NCBI GenBank assembly: GCA_965248975.1
Contig: CBDFKU010000013.1
Coordinates: 8,723 to 72,722, forward strand
DNA from: Dehalococcoidia bacterium
GTDB lineage: Bacteria; Chloroflexota; Dehalococcoidia; Lucifugimonadales; JAGWBF01
DNA: 64,000 bases
Direction of reading: 5' to 3'
This document shows positions 9,314 through 18,276 of the stretch, piece after piece. Numbering within the stretch: the stretch's first letter is position 1; every line of letters begins with the position of its first letter. Both the position numbers and the translations under genes were made by a program. The notes below the pieces were generated by a model, which was not told where the DNA came from, did no database searches, and saw only the letters and a program-made list of their open reading frames with translations.

Positions 9314-10297
9314 CTAGTTGGGCATCACCGCCACAGTCCGTATCTCCCCGAACTCCTTGCGCGACTTTTCCCAGGACTCGCCACCGTCCTGACTGACGTA
9401 CACGTAGCCGTAGAGGCTGGCGGCAGCCACCACGTCGGGGATGGCCCGGTGGGTGCCGAACCAGTACACCACGGAGTTGGGCTCGACCGGCAGGGAGGCG
9501 GCCTTCCAGGTCCGGCCTCCGTCGACGGAGCGCTGGATGTCCCCAGTCAACCCGGGTATGGTGTCGCCGTGGCCCACGAACATCACGTCGGGGTTGTCGG
9601 TCTTGAGGGCCATGCCCCGGCAGTAAGAGAACTTGTCGTCCGGCTGGTACCTGGGAAACTCATGCAGCTCCCAGCTCTCGCCCTCGTCGATGCTGGCGGA
9701 GATGCCGTAGGGGCTGGTGGTGTATACGGCCGTGGTCGAGCCGGGCCTGATGGCCATTCCGTGAATGTCGCCGTAGAAGGGGTCGTCGCCCAGCTCAGGG
9801 AGGTGGACCCAGCTGTCGCCGCCGTCCAGGCTCTTGTAGACGCCGTCGACCTCGATCCCGGCCCAGATTGTGCGGCTGTCCCTGGGATCGACGATCATGT
9901 TGGTGGTCCGGGGCACTCCCACAGGGCAGGGGTTGGTCACGCCCAGGGAGAGCTTCTCCCAGGTTTTGCCCCCGTCCCTGGACCGGAAGCCGTCGGGCTT
10001 GGTGCCCACGAAGATCACGTCCGAGTCCGTCGGATCTATGCCGATGGACCAGATCTGAATGCCGTCGATGGGAGTCTCCAGCCGCTCCCAGCTTACTCCG
10101 CCGTCCTCGCTGCGAAAAAGGCCGGTATCGGAGCCGGCCAGGATGCGACGCGGGTCGTCGGGGTACGCCGCCAGCGCTCGAACGTTGCTCTCAGACTCCA
10201 TGGGCTCCCTGAACCTGGACCAGGTCTGTCCGCCATCGGGACTGCGGGCGAGCCCGCCGCCGACGGATCCTACCAGTACGCTGAAGTCTCTAGCCAT
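9314..10297 (-). CDS. BNR/Asp-box repeat beta-propeller protein (Ycf48/sortilin-VPS10-like fold)
   Basis: Seven S-x-D-x-G-x-(T/S)-W type boxes: SPDGGQTW, SEDGGVSW, SRDGGKTW, SLDGGDSW, SIDEGESW, SVDGGRTW, SQDGGESW. Confidence 0.8.
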   Translation of the reverse strand: MARDFSVLVGSVGGGLARSPDGGQTWSRFREPMESESNVRALAAYPDDPRRILAGSDTGLFRSEDGGVSWERLETPIDGIQIWSIGIDPTDSDVIFVGTKPDGFRSRDGGKTWEKLSLGVTNPCPVGVPRTTNMIVDPRDSRTIWAGIEVDGVYKSLDGGDSWVHLPELGDDPFYGDIHGMAIRPGSTTAVYTTSPYGISASIDEGESWELHEFPRYQPDDKFSYCRGMALKTDNPDVMFVGHGDTIPGLTGDIQRSVDGGRTWKAASLPVEPNSVVYWFGTHRAIPDVVAAASLYGYVYVSQDGGESWEKSRKEFGEIRTVAVMPN

Positions 10298-10432
10298 GGC
10301 TGTGTCCTCCTCCGACCGTAAGATGGGCGCCTTCGTCAGGGTCTAGCAATAAAATAGCTAAAGTCTTCAGGAAATGCAACTGTCCGGCCGGGTTGGTGTT
10401 GGACCCCGGGCACCTCGGGTGCACCGGTCCCG

Positions 10433-10461
10433 TTGACAGCCGGGTGGGCCCCGGTTAGACT
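10433..10461 (+). promoter_or_regulatory. putative sigma70-type promoter TTGACA-17-TAGACT
   Basis: Hexamers at 10433-10438 and 10456-10461, about 80 nt upstream of the 10543 start. Confidence 0.35.
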
Positions 10462-10542
10462 CGGACTTGCTCCACGTCCGGCCGGTTCGGTGCGCTCGTG
10501 TGGACTGGCGGAAGGCTAAGCCTAAAAATGGGAGGCGACAGC

Positions 10543-11448
10543 ATGAAGCATGGATTCGCGGAAACGCCCGAGGGTCAGGTCCACTATATAACCGAGGGAG
10601 AGGGCGAGCCGCTGCTGTTGTTGCACCAGAGCCCCCGCTCTTCCCGGATGTACGTGGAGCTTATGCCGCTCCTGTCAAAGCAGTACAGGGTCATCGCTAT
10701 GGACATGTTCGGCTACGGCACGTCCGGACGGCTTCCCCAGACCCTTCCCACCGACGGTGTGGTCTTCCTGGCTCAGAACGTGGTCCACGTCCTCGACTAC
10801 TTCGGCCTGGACAAAGTCCACCTGTTCGGCCTACATACCGGTGCCGGCATCTCGGGGGAAGTGGGCGCGGGCTGGTCCAATCGGCTGGCGAGCCTCAGCC
10901 TGTTCGGGTTCCCGCTGCTGATCAGCGACGACGAGCGGAACGACTACTTCTCCAAGCGGGACAGAGGTTGGTCCTTCACTCCCTCGGCGTCGACGGCGCC
11001 TGACGGCACCTATCTGGGCAAGCTGTGGCTACGGGCGTACAGCGAGGTCCTTAGGCTGTGGCTTCACACCGCCAATGCCCCCTCCGAGACTCTGGATCCC
11101 AATCCCATGCAGTCGCCCCATGAGTTCATGACTCCAGCCCACCTGGAGTTCCTGGAGCGGTGGGTCATGGACGTGCTGGAGACATCCAAAAACCTGGGCC
11201 TCGTAGTATCGGACCTCTTCAGCTACGACTTCGCGCCCCGCCTGCCCCTGATCTCGGTTCCCACGTACCACATGGAGCCGGACAGCCCCTACGAGAACTA
11301 CTTCTGCCGGCGCGGCGAGATGTTCAAGGATCTGGTCCCCAACTGCGAGATCGCGGTGATGCCCGGATCCGACGACAACGCGGCCGAGTTCAAGGCACCT
11401 GAGCTGGCGGCGATGATCCTGGAGTGGCTCAAGAAGCATCCGATGTGA
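10543..11448 (+). CDS. alpha/beta-hydrolase-fold protein, paralog of 8343..9161 with the same non-canonical active-site residues
   Basis: PLLLLHQSPRSS, AMDMFGYGTS, FGLHTGAGISGEV, MPGSDDNAAEFKAPE. The ATG at 10543 lies 7 nt after GGAGG. Confidence 0.75.
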   Translation: MKHGFAETPEGQVHYITEGEGEPLLLLHQSPRSSRMYVELMPLLSKQYRVIAMDMFGYGTSGRLPQTLPTDGVVFLAQNVVHVLDYFGLDKVHLFGLHTGAGISGEVGAGWSNRLASLSLFGFPLLISDDERNDYFSKRDRGWSFTPSASTAPDGTYLGKLWLRAYSEVLRLWLHTANAPSETLDPNPMQSPHEFMTPAHLEFLERWVMDVLETSKNLGLVVSDLFSYDFAPRLPLISVPTYHMEPDSPYENYFCRRGEMFKDLVPNCEIAVMPGSDDNAAEFKAPELAAMILEWLKKHPM

Positions 11449-11534
11449 GCTCCCGGCCGGCGGGTACCTGCCGGCCATGACGGGATCGCAGCCCTTCCCG
11501 GTGTCCTGATTTTGGTGTCCGCCGTCACCTGTCT

Positions 11535-12854
11535 ATGCTAGGTAGCACACGGCAAAGCAAGCTGGCCCGCTCGATCCCGTTCTACTATGGATGGGTGGTG
11601 TTCGGCGTCTCCGCCAGCACCAGCTACTCCTCCCGCCCGCTGATGGCGGTGGCCACCCTCTCGGTGTTCCTGATTCCCATGACCGACGACCTGGGGTGGT
11701 CCCGCGGGCTGTTTTCCGGCGCCGTGAGCCTGGGCGGCATCTGCGCCGTGGTGATATCCCCCCTGGTCGGCTGGTCGGTGGACCGCTACGGCTCCAGCGC
11801 GGTGGTGGCGGCGGGAGGTGCCCTGGCCGGGGCATGCGCAGTGGGCCTGTCCCAGATCGCCCAGTCCTGGGCCTTCTACCTGCTCTACGTGCCGGGACGA
11901 ATGGCCTTCGCCAGTCCGCTGGAGCTGGGCACCTCTACGGCCGTCAGCAACTGGTTCATCCGTCGGCGGGCCTTCGTTCTCGGGCTGCTGAACGTGACCC
12001 AGGGTATGGGGCTGGCGCTGATGCCGCTCGCGGCCTACGCGATCATCAGCGGCTGGAACTGGCGCACGGCCTGGGCCTCCCTGGGAATCTACACCCTCTC
12101 GGTCTCGGTGGTGCCTGCGCTGTTGCTGCTCGCCAGGAGGCCCGAGGACCTGGGGTTGGAGCCCGACCCTCTTCCTGGCGCCTCTCGGACTTATCGAGAA
12201 GAAGGGCACTCAACGGAAAATGGTGGTGGAGGCATTGGCTATCTGCTAGAGCCGATGTACACGTTGCGCCAGGCATTGAACACCCGCGCCTTCTGGCTCC
12301 TCGCCGGATTCGCCGCCGCGGGCTACATGGTGCAGGCCGGGGTGAGCCTGCATCAGTACTCTCACTATGTGCAGCAGGACCTGTCGGGGTCCAGTGCCGC
12401 CATCATCGTCAGCGTCTTCGCGATTTCCCAGGTGCCCGGGGGATTGTTCTGGGCCTTCGTGTCCCAACGGGTCCCGATCCGGGTGCTTCTGTTCTTTTCA
12501 GGGCTGTGTCTGGCCGCCGGAGCCGCCGGCACAACCTTCACGGGCTCCCTCGCTGGAGGGGTCGCCGTGGCTTCGGCCCTGGGAATCGGCGTCGGCGGCC
12601 TCCACGTACTGCTGAGGTTGGCCTGGGCGGACTACTACGGCCGCCACCACCTGGGCAGCATCAGGGGCGTCACGCTGCCCGTGCAGCTGGCGGGACAGGC
12701 CATGGGTCCGATCATAGCGGGGTTCATATACGACGCCCGAGACAGCTACGACCTGCCGTTCCTCTTCTTCGCGGGCGCCGTCTGCGTGGGAGCAGTGACG
12801 GTGCTGGGCGCCATACCTCCAGGGGTACGGGAGCCGGCCCCGGCCATACCCTGA
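11535..12854 (+). CDS. MFS transporter
   Basis: About 12 hydrophobic segments. Loop motif VGWSVDRYGS resembles the MFS D-R-x-G-R motif. The large overlapping alternative-frame ORFs are shadow frames. Confidence 0.8.
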   Translation: MLGSTRQSKLARSIPFYYGWVVFGVSASTSYSSRPLMAVATLSVFLIPMTDDLGWSRGLFSGAVSLGGICAVVISPLVGWSVDRYGSSAVVAAGGALAGACAVGLSQIAQSWAFYLLYVPGRMAFASPLELGTSTAVSNWFIRRRAFVLGLLNVTQGMGLALMPLAAYAIISGWNWRTAWASLGIYTLSVSVVPALLLLARRPEDLGLEPDPLPGASRTYREEGHSTENGGGGIGYLLEPMYTLRQALNTRAFWLLAGFAAAGYMVQAGVSLHQYSHYVQQDLSGSSAAIIVSVFAISQVPGGLFWAFVSQRVPIRVLLFFSGLCLAAGAAGTTFTGSLAGGVAVASALGIGVGGLHVLLRLAWADYYGRHHLGSIRGVTLPVQLAGQAMGPIIAGFIYDARDSYDLPFLFFAGAVCVGAVTVLGAIPPGVREPAPAIP

Positions 12855-12957
12855 AGCCGTAGAGCCGTGAGGTCGCTTGCTCGGTAGCGGAGTCCCCCTA
12901 TATACTTACGCCCATCCACCCCGGCCCGAACGATACTAAGCGTATGTGAGGAGATGT

Positions 12958-13647
12958 ATGATGGACCTGGCCACCGTCGACCACCTGCTTACCACCACCC
13001 GCTCGGTAAAGAGGCGCCTGGATCTGACACGCCCGGTGGAGCCCGAGGTGATCCGGCGATGCATCGAGATAGCGCTCCAGGCTCCCACGGGATCCAACTA
13101 CCAGGGCTGGCACTTCATGGTGGTGACCGACCCCGGCAAGCGCGCGGCCCTGGCCGAGCTGTATCGCAACGGACTCAAGGCCTATGCCGACCTGCGAGGG
13201 GACAAGGGTCCTCTGTGGAAATCCGACGACGTCCGCAACGTGCAAAGGGAGAAGGTTTACGACGCCAGCGTTCGGCTAGAAGAGCGCCTTCAGGACGTGC
13301 CGGTACACATCATCCCGTGTATAGAAACCAGCATGGAGGAGGTCCCGTTTCCCCTGTACGGCCAGAAGTCCTTCGAGTCCTTCTACTATGCGTCGCTGTA
13401 CGGGTCCATCCTGCAGGCGGGGTGGTCGCTGATGCTGGCCCTGCGCGCCCGCGGGGTAGGCTCCGCCTGGACCACCATCCACCTGGTGTACGAGAAGGAG
13501 GCGGCGTCCATCCTGGGGATTCCCGACAACGTGACTCAGACGGCCCTGCTGCCGGTGGCCTACTACGAGGGTACCGACTTCAAGCCCGCCAGACGCGTGC
13601 CCGCCGAGACCCTGACCCACTGGGACACCTGGGGAAACAAGGGTTAA
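12958..13647 (+). CDS. nitroreductase-family protein
   Basis: TTRSVKRRLD...IRRCIEIALQAPTGSNYQGWHFMVV and SAWTTIHL motifs. Start taken at the ATG after GAGGAG (12961 is also possible). Confidence 0.8.
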   Translation: MMDLATVDHLLTTTRSVKRRLDLTRPVEPEVIRRCIEIALQAPTGSNYQGWHFMVVTDPGKRAALAELYRNGLKAYADLRGDKGPLWKSDDVRNVQREKVYDASVRLEERLQDVPVHIIPCIETSMEEVPFPLYGQKSFESFYYASLYGSILQAGWSLMLALRARGVGSAWTTIHLVYEKEAASILGIPDNVTQTALLPVAYYEGTDFKPARRVPAETLTHWDTWGNKG

Positions 13648-13665
13648 GCTGGCCCAAAGGCCAGG

Positions 13666-13902
13666 CTAGCTGGCTATCGCCACGCATGTGACGGTACGCA
13701 CCACCCCGGCGATGGCGTGGATCTCCCGCTCCAGCACCTGGCCTATGGTGTTTATGTCCGGGGCCTCGATCACGGCGATAACGTCGAAGGGACCGGTCAC
13801 AACGTCCGCCGACCGTATGGCTTCCACTTTCCTGATGGTGTTGGCCACTTCCTTGGTTTGTCCCACGGCGGTCTCTATAAGAACGAAGACTTTGGTGGGC
13901 AT
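13666..13902 (-). CDS. stand-alone Lrp/AsnC-type ligand-binding (RAM) domain protein, 78 aa
   Basis: MPTKVFVLIETAVGQTKEVANTIRKVEAIRSADVVTGPFDVIAVIEAPD... is typical of the AsnC_trans_reg fold. The ATG at 13902 follows GGGAGG; the longer ORF start looks non-coding. Confidence 0.65.
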   Translation of the reverse strand: MPTKVFVLIETAVGQTKEVANTIRKVEAIRSADVVTGPFDVIAVIEAPDINTIGQVLEREIHAIAGVVRTVTCVAIAS

Positions 13903-14023
13903 GCCGCCTCCCATCACGCTGAGTATCCCCTGGAAGGGCTTCCAGTATAGCGGGCTCCTATCACCATGACCAGGGGTGCCGGTGCGCGGGACCAGAGCGG
14001 CGTCAGATCGAGAGGAGGAGCAC

Positions 14024-14521
14024 ATGGTGGACCTGAACTCCATGGCGGAATCGGTGGGAGCGCTGCTGAAGCAACTGGGGCAGACCATCGCCGTGGCCGA
14101 GTCGGCGGCGGGAGGGCTGATATCGGCCTCTCTGGTGGCCGTCCCCGGCGCTTCGGCATATTACCTGGGAGGCGCAGTGGTCTATACCCATCAGGCCCGA
14201 GGGGGATTGCTCGGGGTCCCCGACGACGCCATGGCCGGCATCCGGGCGAGCACCGAGCCCTACGCCCTGCTGAAAGCCAGGACTGTACGGGAATCCCTGG
14301 GGACCACTTGGGGACTGAGTGAGACCGGAGCTAGCGGCCCCACCGGCAACCGCTATGGCGATGCAGCGGGCCACGCCTGCATAGCTGTGGCCGGCCCCAT
14401 CGAGCGAGTGATCACCATGGAAACTGGCGAGGCAGACCGGGTTGCCAACATGTGGACCTTCGCCAGGACAGCGCTGGATTTCCTGGAGCAATGTATGCGA
14501 GAGGAGGCATCCTCGGGATGA
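14024..14521 (+). CDS. CinA C-terminal domain / nicotinamide-nucleotide amidase (PncC-like)
   Basis: IAVAESAAGGLISASL...PGASAYYLGGAVVY signature. ATG after GAGGAGGAG. Confidence 0.8.
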   Translation: MVDLNSMAESVGALLKQLGQTIAVAESAAGGLISASLVAVPGASAYYLGGAVVYTHQARGGLLGVPDDAMAGIRASTEPYALLKARTVRESLGTTWGLSETGASGPTGNRYGDAAGHACIAVAGPIERVITMETGEADRVANMWTFARTALDFLEQCMREEASSG

Positions 14522-14671
14522 CCGTAATGTCTTTAGAGGGGCCCTCACCCCCTGTAAGCCGATGGAAACCGTATTAGAGATCGCGGTAGTGCCCTGCGGA
14601 AGTTGTGATGACGCGAAGCGTGGTTTAGAATAGGGGCGTCGCCGCGAAGTGGCGATGTTGGAGGCTCTTGC

Positions 14672-16363
14672 ATGCCTGAGTACGACCTGGTTATCCGAGG
14701 CGGCACGATCGTGGACGGGACGGGGATCCCCCGGTTCAAGGCAGACCTGGCGGTCAAGGACGGCAGGGTCGCCAGAATCAGCGGCCGCATCCCCTCCGGC
14801 GGCGCCAGGGAGGTCGACGCCGACGGCTGCATCGTCGCTCCGGGCGCCATCGACCTGCACACCCACTACGACGCCCAGCTCAACTGGGACCCCTACGCCT
14901 CCCTGTCGGGATGGTTCGGGGTGACGTCCCTGACCATCGGGCAATGCGGCTTCGGCTTCGCGCCCACCAGGCCCGAGGACCGGGACCTAAACATGCGCAT
15001 GATGAACCGGATCGAGGCCATCCCCCTGGAGTCCATGCGCCTGGGAATACGCTGGGATTGGGAGACGTACCCCGAGTTCCTCGACAGCCTGGACCGCCAG
15101 GGATTGGGTCTAAACATCGGGTCGGTGTTCCCCTTCTCCGCGATGAGGGGCTACGTGCTAGGAATGATGCCCGCCCGGGAGCGGACCTCGGTCACGGAGG
15201 CGGAGCTGAATCGAATGAAGCAGCTCTTCCATGAGGGGATGCAGGCGGGAGCTTTCGGTTTCTCTCTGAACAAGAACATGGAAGACCACGCCGAGGACGG
15301 TGGCCTGCTGCCCAGCCACGTTGCTTCCAACGAGGAGTTTCTGGGGCTGGCCGAGGTGCTGTCGGAGTTCGGTGCCGGGCACATCGGGCTTTCCCTGGGC
15401 GTGGGCCTCACGCCGGAGCAGCATCGAGACGGACGGGAGCTATGCCGCCAGATGGCCAGGATCAGCGGCCGTCCTGTCCAGCTGATCGACAACCAGCCCG
15501 GCGAGGACCCAACCTGGGTCCCGTCGGCCCAGGCGGAGGGGCTGCCAATATTCTTACAGAAGTCGGCCCACGCTTCAGGAACCCAGTTCACGCTGGCCGA
15601 GTTCAACATGTTCGACTATATGTCCAGCTGGGTTCAGCCGCTGGTGGGGACCCCGGAGGAGCGGGCCGCCAAGCTGCGGGACACCGCACAGCGCGACGCT
15701 ATGAAGCGGGATGTCGATCGCTGGCCCAATGCCAGGACCGATTGGAGCACGGTGTTCGTGCTACAGGTGGCCCATCCCCGGAACGAAGAGTACGAAGGCC
15801 TGACCATCAACGAGCTTGCTCGCGCGACCGGGAAGGAGCCGGTGGACGCCCTGCTGGACCTGGCCCTGGACGAGGGGCTTGAGACCGAGTTCGAGATACC
15901 GTCGGTCATCACCGGAGACCATGTTCTCAGTCGTGCGGGCCAGCTCAAGGACCCGTACGGTCACATCTCCGTGTCCGACGGCGGGGCCCATACCAGGTTC
16001 CTCACCCTCAGCTGCTGGCCGGTGTTCTGGCTGTCCTTCTGGATCCGCGACCAGGAGCTCATGTCCCTGGAGCAGGCCCACTACAAGATGAGCGCACTTC
16101 CCGCCTGGCTGGCCGACTTTAGAGGCCGTGGTACGCTCCGAGTAGGAGACTGGGCTGACATTATCGTCTACAACCTGGACGAGCTGGGGTTCGTGTACGA
16201 CAGGCCAGTGTTCGCCAACGACTTTCCCGGAGGGGAGCGGCGCATCATCCAGAAACACCGGGGACTACGCTACACCATAGTGAACGGAACCGTTACCTTC
16301 GAAGGCAATGACTGCACCGGGGCCCTGCCAGGCAGGCTGTTGCGTAGCTACGATCCGGCATAG
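14672..16363 (+). CDS. N-acyl-D-amino-acid deacylase (D-aminoacylase) family amidohydrolase
   Basis: YDLVIRGGTIVDGTG...DLAVKDGRVARI...APGAIDLHTHYD. Length and C-terminal beta-domain are typical of Amidohydro_3 D-aminoacylases. Confidence 0.8.
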   Translation: MPEYDLVIRGGTIVDGTGIPRFKADLAVKDGRVARISGRIPSGGAREVDADGCIVAPGAIDLHTHYDAQLNWDPYASLSGWFGVTSLTIGQCGFGFAPTRPEDRDLNMRMMNRIEAIPLESMRLGIRWDWETYPEFLDSLDRQGLGLNIGSVFPFSAMRGYVLGMMPARERTSVTEAELNRMKQLFHEGMQAGAFGFSLNKNMEDHAEDGGLLPSHVASNEEFLGLAEVLSEFGAGHIGLSLGVGLTPEQHRDGRELCRQMARISGRPVQLIDNQPGEDPTWVPSAQAEGLPIFLQKSAHASGTQFTLAEFNMFDYMSSWVQPLVGTPEERAAKLRDTAQRDAMKRDVDRWPNARTDWSTVFVLQVAHPRNEEYEGLTINELARATGKEPVDALLDLALDEGLETEFEIPSVITGDHVLSRAGQLKDPYGHISVSDGGAHTRFLTLSCWPVFWLSFWIRDQELMSLEQAHYKMSALPAWLADFRGRGTLRVGDWADIIVYNLDELGFVYDRPVFANDFPGGERRIIQKHRGLRYTIVNGTVTFEGNDCTGALPGRLLRSYDPA

Positions 16364-16412
16364 GCCGGGGAGTACGAAGGGGCGGCCTTAGTCCCTGTCG
16401 GAAGACCGCGGT

Positions 16413-17537
16413 ATGGACATCCAGCCTCTTACGATACAGGTCCCGGATTCCGTCCTCGACGACCTGCGGCAACGCCTGGCCCTCACCCGCTGGCCCGACG
16501 AGATACTTGGCTCCGGCTGGGACTACGGCGCGAACCTGGCCTACATGAAAGAGCTGGTGGACTACTGGAGGTTGGGTTTCGACTGGCGGGCCCGGGAGGC
16601 GCACCTCAACACCTTCGCCCACTACAAGGCCGACATTGATGGATTGGGCATCCACTTTGTCCACGAGCGCGGCAAAGGCCCCGATCCAATACCCATCGTC
16701 ATTACCCACAGATGGCCTGGCCTGTTCCTGGAAGAGTTGAAGGCAATACCTCTGCTGACCGATCCCGGGGCTCACGGCGGAGACCCCAGGGACTCCTTTG
16801 ACGTTGTCGTTCCATCCCTGCTGGGCTATGGGTTCTCCGACCCGCCCACACAGCGAGGAGTGAACCACTCATGCATCGCCCGGCTGTGGTCGGAGCTCAT
16901 GGTGGATGGCCTGGGTTATCAACGCTTCGCCGCCTTCGGCAGCGACTGGGGTGCCAGCGTCACCTCTCATCTCGGCTACGACTTCCCCGAGCAGCTGATA
17001 GGCATCCACCTGACCTCCGTGGGTGGTCCTCAGCCATATCTAGGGCTCGGCGCGCGAGAGCTTTCCGAAAGGGAGCAGGAGTATATCGAGGAGCGGGATA
17101 CCTGGCAACTTTACGAAGGCGGATACAACCATCTTCAGAGGACCAAGCCCCAGACCCTCTCCTACGGGCTGAACGATTCGCCGGCGGGGCTGGCCGCCTG
17201 GCTGGTGGATCGGATACGCACCTGGGACTCTGACGACGACGCGGTCGAGCGACGTCGTCCCTACACCATGGACGAGATCCTCTCCAACATCACCGTATTC
17301 TGGGCGACCCAGACCGTAGGGTCGTCCTGTCGCCTCTACTACGAGACGCGTCAGAGTCCCTGGGATCTTGCGCAGGGGGACAGGATTCTCCCGCCCTGCG
17401 CCGTGGCTATCATGAAAAAAGACCAGGTCCATCCGCCCAGGGAGTGGGCCGAGCGCAGCTTCAACGTGCAGCGGTGGACGGAGCTCCCCGACGGGGGCCA
17501 TTTCCCCGCCTGGGAGGAGCCGGAGATGCTGGTGTAG
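16413..17537 (+). CDS. microsomal-type epoxide hydrolase (EHN N-terminal domain plus alpha/beta fold), ending at a premature in-frame TAG
   Basis: FGSDWGA nucleophile elbow (Asp) and GGHFPAWEEPEMLV near the C-terminus. Conserved-looking tail ELRAFFRQFRK continues in frame after the TAG (17538-17570). Confidence 0.8.
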   Translation: MDIQPLTIQVPDSVLDDLRQRLALTRWPDEILGSGWDYGANLAYMKELVDYWRLGFDWRAREAHLNTFAHYKADIDGLGIHFVHERGKGPDPIPIVITHRWPGLFLEELKAIPLLTDPGAHGGDPRDSFDVVVPSLLGYGFSDPPTQRGVNHSCIARLWSELMVDGLGYQRFAAFGSDWGASVTSHLGYDFPEQLIGIHLTSVGGPQPYLGLGARELSEREQEYIEERDTWQLYEGGYNHLQRTKPQTLSYGLNDSPAGLAAWLVDRIRTWDSDDDAVERRRPYTMDEILSNITVFWATQTVGSSCRLYYETRQSPWDLAQGDRILPPCAVAIMKKDQVHPPREWAERSFNVQRWTELPDGGHFPAWEEPEMLV

Positions 17538-17592
17538 GAGCTACGAGCCTTCTTCCGCCAGTTCAGGAAATAGGTGCGGGCCTGGAGGAGTC

Positions 17593-18198
17593 CTAGATCC
17601 GCTCGATGGCTGCGAGGAAGTCCGCGGACTCGATAACCGTGGCCTGCATGGGGAACACCTTCTTTAAAAGGACCCGGTGCACCTCTTCATCCGAGTCGGC
17701 GCAGCAGTCTTCCAGCACCACGATAGCGTAGTCCAGGTCGGCCGCGTAGCGTAAGGTGGACAGAACCGTTCCCTGGGTGTTTATTCCCATCATGACGAGG
17801 GTAGTGATGTCGTTGGACCTCAGCACCGTCTCCAGGTCCGACCCGATGAAGGCGCTCACCCGCCTCCCGACCACCACCACGTCTCCGGGCTGCGGCGCCA
17901 ATCCCGGGTGGATCGCGGAGCCTTCGGTCCCTTCCTGGATGCGGCCCGCTTCCTTGAGGTAGCTGAACACCTTGTTTCTGGGACTCACGTCCGAGCAGTC
18001 CTGTCGCAACAAGGCCATGACGTTGACCACGCCGATCCCGGCTCGTCGGCAGCCGTCAAGAACGGCGGCGGCCCTCTTGACCAGCTCGGCTCCGACCTCC
18101 TGGTCGATGCCGGAGGTCACACCTTTCACGATGTCGTTCTGGCAGTGGAGCACGAGGACGGCGGTGTGCGCGGGATCTATGCTGAGCTTGGTCGCCAT
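17593..18198 (-). CDS. isochorismatase-family hydrolase
   Basis: TAVLVLHCQNDIV, VVVGRRVSAF, LVMMGINTQGTVLSTLRYAADLDY pattern. The usual catalytic Cys position seems to hold Thr. Confidence 0.75.
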   Translation of the reverse strand: MATKLSIDPAHTAVLVLHCQNDIVKGVTSGIDQEVGAELVKRAAAVLDGCRRAGIGVVNVMALLRQDCSDVSPRNKVFSYLKEAGRIQEGTEGSAIHPGLAPQPGDVVVVGRRVSAFIGSDLETVLRSNDITTLVMMGINTQGTVLSTLRYAADLDYAIVVLEDCCADSDEEVHRVLLKKVFPMQATVIESADFLAAIERI

Positions 18199-18276
18199 GC
18201 TTTTGTTCCCTTCGTGATCCAGTAGGTTAGACCTACCGGGAATCTAGCATGGCGCGACTATGGAGTCAACCGCGGC

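Noticed and set aside
11591-12862. Very long alternative-frame or antisense ORFs in the six-frame track. Examples: 11591..12862, 9449..10321, 30405..31481, 36026..37117, 45572..46588, 59006..60517, 62318..63439.
   Set aside because: They overlap genes with clear family signatures. Their translations are Arg/Gly/Pro-rich low-complexity sequence typical of shadow frames in GC-rich DNA. They lack SD sequences.
17535-17537. TAG as pyrrolysine in the epoxide hydrolase
   Set aside because: There are no pyl genes or methylamine methyltransferase context in the window. The position aligns with an ordinary Gln in homologs. TAG terminates other genes here (the 387 gene, etfB).
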